Source: a virus
Lineage: Duplodnaviria > Caudoviricetes
Virus record (IMG/VR): IMGVR_UViG_3300005805_000441
Span: 1-25,447 of that record
Length of the DNA: 25,447 nucleotides
Reading direction: 5' to 3' (one strand)
Positions 7,709 through 19,000 of this stretch are shown here, piece by piece. Under the pieces are notes generated by a model. The model had not been told where the DNA came from and did no database searches. It saw only the letters and a program-made list of their open reading frames with translations. The position numbers and the translations under genes are program-made. Position 1 is the stretch's first letter, and the number at the start of each line of letters is the position of its first letter.

Positions 7709-10700
7709 ATGGCAGGTAGTCCTTTGGATTTTATCAGTTCGGAGTTTTTTAGGAAGAAGATGATGACAAAAAATCTTCAACCCTACAAGAAATCTCCGAG
7801 GAAAATTACACCACCGATAACTTATGAGGTGAGTCAAAGGGAAATTTCCGTTGTAGATACTCCAGACCAATTAATTGACACCCCGATTTTTGCGAACAAT
7901 CTTTTATACCCACTTAACAGATATGGTGCGGAAGGTGGTTACAAACAAGTACCAGACCCTACAGCATTATTAGGAACGAAATCAAATGAAGGAGAATATG
8001 GGCCAGGTCAACAAGACGCAAAGATAGTAGAACAATCTCCAATCGCGGCACTCAAAGGGTTCGGAACAATTGCGCCCGCTTGGAAACCACTTAACGCATT
8101 TTCCAACGGAGCTCAAGCATTGTTGGACGGTGCCGAATTTGTTGGCCAACTTGAAACCCCAAGGTACGGAGTTGGTGTATATAATAATCAACCATATTAT
8201 ACATTTGTACCCTCAACTTATACGCCTGTAAGTATTTTACTAAGTCGAGACCCCCAAGGTAGCGATGGTCTCCTAAGCCAAGATTCGTATGTAGTCAAAT
8301 TAGGTGCCAATATATTAAGGAGGGAATTCGAAACAAGAATTGCCGCAAGACAAAGACAAGAAACAGTTGGACGAATCAACGCTTTCAATGTGAGGAGCGG
8401 TACGGACGTTTTAGGTTTAGTCACAGGAAGAGTTCCAATTCTTGAACCAAACTACCAAATAACTGTACCCGCAAATCCTGTTTTAGCTGCCACAGACTTT
8501 CTATTGAGATTGGCAGGAAGTATAATACCAACTTCAACAATTCCAGGTTCGTATTTTGACCCGAGTATAAATTCGGGAATGCCAACAACAATCCAACAAT
8601 TATCCAATGCCTACAGGAGAGCAACAGCAACTGGACTTGCAAGTACATTCAGTCGATTGTTGGGTGCACCAAAATCAGGCTCCCAGTTATTTTTGAATAA
8701 CACAGGCGGAGGACAAAAAGCAAGATTATTTGGGAATTTAAATTACAACAAATACAAACCTGATTACGACAGAAGTATTTTTGACAGAGCTGCGGGTGCC
8801 TTGGTCGGTACTGTTACGAATAATAGTAATTTCTATGTCGGTTCTATAACATCAGACCCATCAAGAGTTTTCAGCCCTGGTGGTGATATACCAATAAACC
8901 AATTTGGCCAAGAACAACAAATGCCTGTTTATGGTCCATCGGAGCTAGCTGAGCTATATGAAGGTGGTACAAGAGAAATTAAATTAGGTGCTAACGGTCC
9001 CACATATTCAAACGGAGGAGGTATTGAGGGCGGTTTTACTTGGGTTTCACCAAAGTACAAAGGGAATGCTGGTAAAAAAGTTGGGATTGGAGGGGAAATT
9101 ACAGACCAAGACCAAGATTTCAAACCATCTTCATACAATAAGACCGAGTCCACTGAGATAGAACTCAAGAGAGGTTCAATATTAGATAATACTCAAAGAA
9201 TAATTGATAGCCAACCACAAGGAGGAAGGAGATTACAACATGTTGGTAATGCAATTGACCAAGTTTCTAAAGTATTCAACGACGGGTATAATGAACTCAC
9301 AAAAGGTTCAAGAATTATCAGATACGTAGGTTCTATAGGTCAAGAGGTCGGAACCGAATATTGCAGAGTATTTGCAAAAGATGTTCCTTATTTACAGTAT
9401 AATGATTTACAGAAAACCGATGGGATGACAACGCAAGGAAGGAAATTCGCTTATTCTGTGATGGACTCAACTTACAATTTAAACATAGCACCAAACAAAA
9501 GAGAGGGAGGTCAAGACTCAACTAACTTAATTAACGACACCGCAAACGGAGTGTCATACGCAAAAAAATATATGTTCTCTTTAGAAAATTTGGCTTGGAG
9601 AACATCATCAACACCTGGTTTCAGTGTTTCAGAATTACCAATTTGTGAGAGAGGACCAAACGGTGGAAGAATTATGTGGTTCCCCCCTTACGGTTTGACT
9701 TTTAGTGAGTCTGTTTCCGCATCTTGGAAACCAACAGACTTCTTAGGTAGACCTGAACCAGTTTATACCTACACAAATACTTCTCGAGGAGGAACACTTC
9801 AATGGAAAATTGTGGTAGACCACCCGTCTGTTCTAAACATGATAGTCAATAAAGTTTTGAATAAAGAAAACAACAAAAATAAAATCAATGGAATGATTGA
9901 ATCATTCTTCGCAGGTTGCTTGAAATATGATTTATATGAGTTAGCTAAAAAATACTACACGATAGCACCAGGAGAATTGAACGAACTACAACAACTAATA
10001 AATGGTAAGGAATTAAGTAATGAGCAGTTAGGTTTTGTAAGAGACGATTTAGCTTCTGGTGCACAAACAACAGGTAATCAGAGTCAAGTCGTAACTGACC
10101 CCAACCAAAATCAACCGACAAATTCTTTGAAACAATTTGAATCTTTTGGTTTTTATTTTCCCAACGCATTGCCGTTAGAACCACCTACAACTGTGTCCGA
10201 TTATTCATTTTACTATGGAGTATACCAAGGACAGATTACTACAAATAAAAATTATAGTGATAAAGAGACGCTGAAAAACTTTTTCAATGAGGTGATACAG
10301 AAAAATTTTGAAGAAGTAGAAAAAAATTTTATACCTCAAATTAAAAAATTATTAGAAACTCCAAGTACAAAAATAACAATAACACTTGTAGGAAGTGCTT
10401 CATCATCTGGTTCAGAACCATATAATAAAAAACTATCCGAAAGAAGATTGGAGTCGGTTATCAAGTATTTCAGTAAAGATAGTGTACTTGCTAAAGCAAT
10501 CGATTCAAAAAGAATTACTTTTAAACCGCTAGCACAAGGAGAAAACGCTTCTATTAAAAAATGGGACACCAAATCAAATACGTTTACAGAAGAAAATTAT
10601 AATTGTAGTAGTAACACCTATGATAACCAATCTGATAGTGATAACCCACAGATATATAATATCGAACCGATGTCTTGTAGAAGAGTAAGAATTCAGAGTA

Positions 10701-12742
10701 TCGAAATGACATCAGATGTACCAACACAACAAACAAGCTCGGCAACCCAACCAGCTGGTGGGTCTGGAACTCAACCAATCAACCCGATTCCTAAACAAGA
10801 TTTGGAAACAAAAACTAGAAACAGAGATAACATAACTAAAAGAGTTCTGAGAGCTCTTTTGTCGGAATGTGATTATTTCGAGACCATCAAAGAGGAAACA
10901 CCGATGGTTTACGACTCGTTGAAAGAAAAACTAAAATTTTTCCAACCAGGATTCCATTCTACAACACCCGAAGGTTTGAATTCAAGATTAACATTTCTTC
11001 AACAATGTATGAGACCTGGTGATACAATACCAACAGTCAAACAAGTCGGTAGTGGCAAGCAAGAGCTTCAATATAACAACGCAACAAATACAAGTTTTGG
11101 CGTACCACCTGTTTTGGTTTTGAGAATAGGTGATTTTTATAACACTAAAATAATACCCGAAAGTTTACAGATAAGTTATGAGTCACTTGATTTGAACCCT
11201 GAAGGTATAGGTGTACAACCCATGATTGCAACAATTTCCATGGGATTCAAATTTGTTGGTGGAAGTGGACTGAAAGAGTCTATAGACAAATTACAGAACG
11301 CTTTAACATTCAATTATTATGCCAATACAGAAATTTGGGACGACAGAGCCGATAAAACAGATGATAGTCTAAAACAATATGATAAGGAATTTCTTAGTTT
11401 AGTTGCACAATCTGGACCACCTACAACTAATCAAATACCTAATTACAACGGACAGTCAAACGAAAATACAATAGGAAACAGAATAACAACTAATGTTACA
11501 CCGTCAGGAGAGACGGGGACGATATCCTACCAAGAGTTCATGAATAATTTTGTTTCACAAAGCCAAACTTATTTCCAAAATATTGTAAACAAAAGTAAGG
11601 ATGTTACAAGACAATACAATAATGCCGTAAGACAAAATTGGACTGCGGTTAAAAAATATACAAAAGGTAACTTCTTAGTTGACCCATCAAAGGAAACATA
11701 CCTATTTGGGAAACCAGATTCTATCGAAAAAATAATAGATAATGTTACAAAAGACTTAATTGATGATATAAAATCTGGAAAAGACAGATTTATAATTTGG
11801 ATTTCTAATACAAATCTACAATTCAGTGATAAAGTAATTAGAGAATTGAAGAAAAACTATCAAAATTTTGTGACAAGAAAAAAAGGAACTTTTCAAAACG
11901 CCCTCACAACCATAACACAAGCCCTTGTTAATGAGGAGCAAAATTACTTACAATCTATCAGTAGGGTTAATACTGTCCCATATAACACATCACCCAATAC
12001 AGGTACAGATGGATACCAAGAAAAGAATGGATTCACCAGACTTTATAGAATTACTGGAACAACCCAAGTGGGGCCAGGCACAACCGCAGCAAACACTTTA
12101 CAAGAGTTAGTAGACGATATCAAAAAAGTACAAACCAATTTGATAGAATACTATCAGTTGACAAGGGTTGAGAATGAATTCAACTATAATGGAAATTCAT
12201 ATAAAGGTATATTAGTTTATGGTGAAGACAATCCAACTTATTCTGCGAGAGAAATGCAAAGAGAAGTTTTCTTTCCATTCAGTACAAACCAAGAATTTAA
12301 AAATTTCAGAGAATTCAGAAGGATGTACATGATGTTGTCTCAGGAATTGAAGACGGACAAGTATGAAACCTTTAAAACAGCGATGATTGGTAATATAATT
12401 AATAATGATTCTTTGATTGGAAAAGGTAATCCAAACATATCACAAATGTTTGATAAATATTGGAAAGAAATTGCTAAGCCCTTGTTTGACGAAGAAGATA
12501 CTCTTACAAATGCATTTTTGGACGAAATGGAAAAAAACAAGTTGAAAAATTTCATTAATTATACACCGTTCCCAAGCAAACCAAGAGTTTTTGATTATTC
12601 TCAAAATAATAATCCAACAGATTTAGAAAAAACTCTTATAAAAAACTTAGGAGCTTCAACTAACAGTTCAACAAACACTAAAACTTGGAATGACCAGATT
12701 GGTTCGGGACAAGTCTATCAATCAAAAGTTAAATTAAACTGA
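7709..12742 (+). CDS. Large baseplate protein: tube-initiator-like (gp48/gp54/P2 gpU-like) domain interrupted by an OmpA-like domain
   Basis: Tube-initiator-like halves WFPPYGLTFSESVSASW..LGRPEPVYTY..SRGGTLQWKIVVD and PPVLVLRIGDFYNTKII..QPMIATISMGFKFVG; OmpA C-like motif ITLVGSASS..YNKKLSERRLESV..CRRVRI between them. Confidence 0.65.
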   Translation: MAGSPLDFISSEFFRKKMMTKNLQPYKKSPRKITPPITYEVSQREISVVDTPDQLIDTPIFANNLLYPLNRYGAEGGYKQVPDPTALLGTKSNEGEYGPGQQDAKIVEQSPIAALKGFGTIAPAWKPLNAFSNGAQALLDGAEFVGQLETPRYGVGVYNNQPYYTFVPSTYTPVSILLSRDPQGSDGLLSQDSYVVKLGANILRREFETRIAARQRQETVGRINAFNVRSGTDVLGLVTGRVPILEPNYQITVPANPVLAATDFLLRLAGSIIPTSTIPGSYFDPSINSGMPTTIQQLSNAYRRATATGLASTFSRLLGAPKSGSQLFLNNTGGGQKARLFGNLNYNKYKPDYDRSIFDRAAGALVGTVTNNSNFYVGSITSDPSRVFSPGGDIPINQFGQEQQMPVYGPSELAELYEGGTREIKLGANGPTYSNGGGIEGGFTWVSPKYKGNAGKKVGIGGEITDQDQDFKPSSYNKTESTEIELKRGSILDNTQRIIDSQPQGGRRLQHVGNAIDQVSKVFNDGYNELTKGSRIIRYVGSIGQEVGTEYCRVFAKDVPYLQYNDLQKTDGMTTQGRKFAYSVMDSTYNLNIAPNKREGGQDSTNLINDTANGVSYAKKYMFSLENLAWRTSSTPGFSVSELPICERGPNGGRIMWFPPYGLTFSESVSASWKPTDFLGRPEPVYTYTNTSRGGTLQWKIVVDHPSVLNMIVNKVLNKENNKNKINGMIESFFAGCLKYDLYELAKKYYTIAPGELNELQQLINGKELSNEQLGFVRDDLASGAQTTGNQSQVVTDPNQNQPTNSLKQFESFGFYFPNALPLEPPTTVSDYSFYYGVYQGQITTNKNYSDKETLKNFFNEVIQKNFEEVEKNFIPQIKKLLETPSTKITITLVGSASSSGSEPYNKKLSERRLESVIKYFSKDSVLAKAIDSKRITFKPLAQGENASIKKWDTKSNTFTEENYNCSSNTYDNQSDSDNPQIYNIEPMSCRRVRIQSIEMTSDVPTQQTSSATQPAGGSGTQPINPIPKQDLETKTRNRDNITKRVLRALLSECDYFETIKEETPMVYDSLKEKLKFFQPGFHSTTPEGLNSRLTFLQQCMRPGDTIPTVKQVGSGKQELQYNNATNTSFGVPPVLVLRIGDFYNTKIIPESLQISYESLDLNPEGIGVQPMIATISMGFKFVGGSGLKESIDKLQNALTFNYYANTEIWDDRADKTDDSLKQYDKEFLSLVAQSGPPTTNQIPNYNGQSNENTIGNRITTNVTPSGETGTISYQEFMNNFVSQSQTYFQNIVNKSKDVTRQYNNAVRQNWTAVKKYTKGNFLVDPSKETYLFGKPDSIEKIIDNVTKDLIDDIKSGKDRFIIWISNTNLQFSDKVIRELKKNYQNFVTRKKGTFQNALTTITQALVNEEQNYLQSISRVNTVPYNTSPNTGTDGYQEKNGFTRLYRITGTTQVGPGTTAANTLQELVDDIKKVQTNLIEYYQLTRVENEFNYNGNSYKGILVYGEDNPTYSAREMQREVFFPFSTNQEFKNFREFRRMYMMLSQELKTDKYETFKTAMIGNIINNDSLIGKGNPNISQMFDKYWKEIAKPLFDEEDTLTNAFLDEMEKNKLKNFINYTPFPSKPRVFDYSQNNNPTDLEKTLIKNLGASTNSSTNTKTWNDQIGSGQVYQSKVKLN

Positions 12743-13065
12743 TGGGTTTTCCGTATTATAATAGATATAATGAGTTCTTAATAAACGGAGAACAAACTGT
12801 TGTGCCATATGTTAACATTCCACAAAAACCAACAGATAAAACGTACATCTATAAAGTAGGACAAAGTAGATTAGATAAAGTTTCACAACAATTTTATAAT
12901 TCACCATATTTCAATTGGTTGATATTACAAGCTAACCCACAATTCGGGGGTTTGGAAAATACAATCTACGATGGTGCAATTTTAGTTATTCCATTTCCTT
13001 TGATTCCTTCTTTACAGGATTATAAAGCTCAATTGGAAAACTATTTTTATTATTATGGTCGATAA
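12742..13065 (+). CDS. LysM-like baseplate protein (P2 gpX / T4 gp53-like)
   Basis: YKVGQSRLDKVSQQFYNSPYFNWLILQANP..G.ILVIP is the gpX/LysM signature; TGATG coupling with the upstream gene. Confidence 0.82.
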   Translation: MGFPYYNRYNEFLINGEQTVVPYVNIPQKPTDKTYIYKVGQSRLDKVSQQFYNSPYFNWLILQANPQFGGLENTIYDGAILVIPFPLIPSLQDYKAQLENYFYYYGR

Positions 13066-16000
13066 TTTTCAAGCCGATAATAACGGTAATATATACGTTG
13101 AGTTCGACTACAATAATATAATTCTTGTAGACCCAAATCGTACTGTCTCGTTGGATGGAAAAATAAATGAGAGACTAGTAGACCATGAGAGTTTGGTTAT
13201 GTTTGCTAATTTGGAAGCAGATGTACTTCCAAGAACTAAATTACTTTTGGGGATTAGTCCTGAAAATTCACAAAGACAAACACTTTCAATCGCCAAAATT
13301 AATTTCCTTAGACCTGGAAAAAACAATTATCTTGGTACAGGATATTATGATGAGTTAACGGGTAAAGACTCGTTACAATCACAAGCTGGTAACCAAAAAC
13401 TTGAAAGAACTTTTTCTGGTGGAGGTAAGAGGGCACTGATTGAAAGTAGTGTTGCATTCGAAGAGAACGTTGTAGATAATGGTTTATTGGGAATTACCTC
13501 CATTAATGTAAAAGTATCTTCATCATTTATACCCACTGTGTCTGTTGAACTTGAAGATGTGCAAGGGAAGGCTCTCTTCCAATTGGGGAATCAATCACCA
13601 TACGCTTCATTTTTCAATTTGCCATACCCACAATTTTACCTGACTTTGAAAGGTTATTATGGTCAGGCTATAAAATATCAACTGAACTTGATGAAGTTCA
13701 ATGCAAGATTTAACTCACAGAGCGGTAACTACCAAATCACCTTGGATTTCCAAGGTTTTAAGTTCAACGTATTAAATGAAATTACAATAAATCATTTGTT
13801 AGCGACGCCACACATGTATAGTAAAAGATTTGAAGTTTCCGCAAATAATGTGGTGGCCAACCCTTCGGCAAATCAATCCGACCTTAAAACTGAACAAGGG
13901 GCGCCAAAACCCGTAAATAATACTTCCCCCGACAACAACAATAGAACATCGGCTTCTTTTGTAAGTGAAAAGGGATATCAAAAAATTGTTGAAGTTTACA
14001 GTGAATACAAATCTAAAGGATTAGTACCACCAGATTTTCCCGAACTTACACTAATGCAGTTGATTAACAAATTTGATACTTTTCAACAAAGAATTGTCGA
14101 TTCGTATCCCAAGGTTCAAGTTGAACCTCTCACTAACATAAGAAATTATGTTAAAGTAGTTCAAAACTATTTTGACACAATCGTTGGTACAAATTCAAGT
14201 TGGTTTGCAAAATATACAAGTCCTCAGCATATTGTAATGAAAGACGGAACCAAAGTTTATTTTCTTAGGAAAAGTATTTTAGGTGATGCGGTTGCTGAAA
14301 ATGAAACACTAAGCAGATTAGATAGGGATATCAAAAGTTTCAATCTACAACTTTCCGAGAACCCTACGTTGGGTGCTGGAAAACCTGATGAGATAAAATT
14401 ACAAAATTTAAGTATTGAAAAAATTATTCTTGATACGCTTAATAAGGCAGATATTGATTGGTTCAAAACATCACAATCTTTTCTGAATGTTGCTGCACCA
14501 ACATCAGCACAGCAAGGTGAAGTTGAAAGACAACTTGATGCACTTTATGCAGAAAGAACGGTCACAAAGAATGGAAAAACTGAAAATGTAAGACCTGAAC
14601 TTTTTGTTTTCGATGGGGAAGGTAGATTTATCCAAACAATCAATCAAATAAAAACTGAAGCAACAAGAAAACTTCAATCAATTGAATCTGCGATTACAGC
14701 AGACTTGAAAGACAGAATTCAAAGCACTGCTTTGGGTATCGGGTTTAATCCAACTGCTAGGAATATTTCCGCGGTAATTATGGCTAATACCGAGGGATTT
14801 CTAAGATTGATAGATGATGTTCACACAAATGCTTGGAATGTAAAATATGATAGCGTAAGAAAAGCCACAATCCAAAATAATAGTTCATCGGCCCCCAACA
14901 CAGAAGTAAGAAAAAATGTTAATATTACTAATGAGGCGGCAAATCAAAATCAAGGTTTGGTAACAGGTCAACAACCAGTCTATCCTTGGCCACAATTTTT
15001 CATAGAATCACCCGAAGATAAAAAAGGAAGATTCCAACTAACATATATTGGTGACCCAAGTGTGGTCAATTTAACTCAAGGATACCTTTTCGAAAAATGG
15101 CCTGAGGTTGAATTTGTTGAAGAATACATGAAAGGTTTATCACAAAAATTTTCTGTTCCATTAGCACAATCACCAATAGAAAGTCAAAACACAACATTCC
15201 TCATAAGTTTTAACGCTATAGAATATCCTCAGAAATCAAATTTACCATATTCCAATAAAGAACAATTGAAATTTTTATATGAAATATGGGAAAGACAGTT
15301 TGTTACGTCGAGATATTCTAATTTCATAAGAGGAACAGGTAATCAAATACAAAATTTGTTGGAATATAATAAAAATGTTGAAACAAATAATATTGTAAAA
15401 GCCTTAGGAGACACTTCACCCTATTTGATTTATCTGATTAAGAACACACCTTTTACCGCACAAGATTTTACAAACTATTTGAGACAGTTTTCCAACGAAG
15501 GAGTAGGAAGATTTTGGCAAGATTTCATTCGAGATTTTTTTGTAACCCCTTATATCAAAATAGAAACCGAGAATCCTTTTTCGATTCTACAAACAAACGA
15601 TTTGGGGCTAGAACCACAAAGTAATGTTGGTATTGAAAACTTAGAACAAATTGTTAAAGGTGCCACAAATGAACCTTTTATAATTGACACATACCCATTC
15701 AGAAATTATGAGTGGAGTTCTAAAAACATGGCTAACAGTGCTCAAAGCCAACAACAACAGGTTTACGACACAAAAAAAAGTTTGAAAGTTTTTCAAGATA
15801 GAAGTGTAATTTCCAACTTCACAAACATTTACGATTATTCAACTAACAGACCTGTAACGAATTTTTCTTACAAAACCGCTTTGATTCCGACATTTGTCAC
15901 ACAACCTTCTGAAACAAACAGAGATAATTTATTTAACTATTTTAAAAATAAAAATGAAAATCCAAATGAGTTAATACCCACAGAGGGTTCGGTAAGATAT

Positions 16001-19000
16001 TTGACACCTTCTGGTTCATTAGAACCCTTAAAAATAAGTTCGATGATGAACACCCCATACTTTATCAATGCAATTCAAGAGGGTGTTACTAAAGAAAAAA
16101 ATAAAGAAAAATATCCTTATGTATCTGCGGCTTATTTATTTTTGAATTCTTTACCACTTTCATCTTTAAGAGAGAGATATAAAACCGAAAACATAGAAGA
16201 AGATTTAGATTTTGTTGCATCTTGTTTTAACAAATTTGGTGCGATACATAAAATGCCATATCCTTGGATTTTGAAGATGGGTTCAATTTGGCACAGGTAT
16301 AAAGAATTCATTGATAATGGTATAGACATATTAGGAAATGTTTGGAAAAACTTTGACTATATTGGTAATTTTGACCCACAAACCAATAACGTTTCTAAAG
16401 TTTATAATTTGGAGTTGACACAAGGAGTATCAACCACCATTTCTTTACAAACTCAATCATCTACCGAAATTAAATTACAACCTGGATTTTATCCCAAACT
16501 AATAAATGATTTCAATAGGTTCTTGAATGGTACAGATTTATATTCAACCTATTCTGATAGCGAAATCCAAAAATCCATCAACAACGGGATGTTGTTGTAT
16601 CAATTTCCAAACTCGAAAATTATTGCAACCGAAGGAGGAGTTAGTTTAAACTTATCTACATGGTCAGTCTTGGTGCCAAAAAATATAAAAAAATCTTCAG
16701 TTTCTGCTAACGATTGTGTCCCAAAACCTAACGATACAATTTCTAAAGATTTTTATATTGTACCGTCATTTGGGTGTAATTTGAATCAAGCGGCTGTTGA
16801 GTGTTTACAACAAAATACAACTTTGACCACAGTGAATCTTACATCAAACCCTTCAATGTATAACGGGTCGGTAAGAACTTTTTGGGCGGCCTCTAATTTT
16901 GGATATTTTGATAATAACCAAATTACAAGACCCACCTACCAAGAGTACATCAATATAATTGACCCACAAGTATCCAAACAACAACCATTCAAAATTTGGG
17001 CGATTCCTGAATATTCTAAGATTGAAGAGATTTTTGGTGTATTCGATTCCAAATCTTTAAACATAATGGAACAAGAGTTTTTAAATTTTTGTAAACCTTC
17101 AACCGATATCAGTTTTCCCATTGGACAGAACATAATCGAAAAGAACAATTACATGATGAACGCCACTTACAAGAATTTTCAGGCGTTAATTAGAAGTTTG
17201 ATGACAGTTTTACCTATACCAACAACCGATAAAAGTTTAATATTTCAAGAAGCCATACCTAAACAATTTGAAAATTTCAAAAACACGATTCAAGGGTTCA
17301 TGGAGTACGATTGGATTGTTAGGAATGGTAACCCTTCCAAATATTCTAGAAGAATTTGGGATTCTTATTTATCTTTTAATTCCACCGCAACAATAGTTGA
17401 CCCTATATTTTTTGATTATTATGTTGCAAACAGTTTACCAACAAATGGAGGTACAACTACATTGGCTAGTTCCATTGCGAATTTTCCTAATGAATGGAAC
17501 ACACTATATAAAGAGGTTGGATTTTCTACAATTAATGGTTTGACATATACCGACAACGGCTCATATATCACCGACTTTTTTGTAGACAACAATATCAAAT
17601 TTTCCGTTGATAACATTGCATTATTGTCACAAATAATCAAAATGTATGCTACCACAAAAATGGTAAGTTCTTCGACGAGTGTCTCTCAGTTCAAAACTAG
17701 CTTACAAAATTATTTAAATGGTCAATCAACTTTACAAGGTAATCTTTTGGGGCTTGTTATTAATTCAATCAAGGCAAAACTACCAAACTATGAACAACCA
17801 AAGGAAGCAACAATCAACTCACAAGTTCAAAGTATGCAAGGTAAAGTTGAAACTTATGAGGTTTTCAAATCGCTAAACGATAAATGGGTTGCGGGGTCAG
17901 ACTATAAATCTAAAACTTTATTTGAAGATATCTTGTTTTTAGATAGGGCTTCAAGAAACATTGGTGATACAATCATATTAGATATTTTCGATATCAAAAG
18001 TATGTTGAGTAAGAATCACCTGAATGAAAATATGACCGTATACACTTTGCTTGCTGGACTTCTCATGAAAAATAACTTCACAGTGATGCCACTACCAGCA
18101 TATGTGAATTTTTATAACGTACAAGAAGTTGATGGAATTTCGGTTCCAAACCCTGAAGGTTCATTGGCGTTTGCTAACAATCTTTGGGGTACATTCACAA
18201 ACGTCGATTATCGAAAAACTGGACCTAAGATGGTTTGTTTCTATGTTGGTAAACCATCTTCACATTTGGAATTACCTGATAATGTTTCAGGATATGGAAA
18301 TGATGCTTTCGAGTTGAGAAGAAGTAGTGAGGTCCCATTATTAGAAGACCAAAATAATAAATCTGATTGGGCACTTTCAAATAAATGTGTAGGATTCAAT
18401 GTAGACATCGGTGTGAGAAATCAAAATATTTTTTCTTCTTTTTCTGTTGGTCAAGACAATGGAGTAGCAACCTCTGAATCAATACAAGTTGTTACGGAAA
18501 TGATTAATCAAACAAATACAAGAACAGTCGGTAACCAAGCCGCCAATCTTTACAATTATTATAAAAATAGAAGTTATACTTGTGATGTGGTGTGTTTGGG
18601 AAATGCCTTGATACAACCTACAATGTACTTCAATTTGAGACACGTACCTATGTTCAATGGTCCGTATATGATTACTCAAGTACAACACCAAATCTCAGCT
18701 GGTAATTTTCAGACAACTTTCCAAGGAGTACGTCAAGGAATTTATGATTTACCACCAATAGACAATTTTTTACAAGCAATCAATCAAAATTTATTGAGTC
18801 AAATCGAGGCGCTGGTGATTCAAAAAACCGACCAGAAAACTACAGATGGAACAACGTCTCAAGACAAGGGTAATGATATACAGACTGGTGGTAATGGACA
18901 AAGTGTCGCTGCAGACAATTCTTGTATTGCAAATTTAAACGCCAATTACGACACTAACGGATTCCAAATCGGTACACCGCAACAGACAACAATTACCGCA

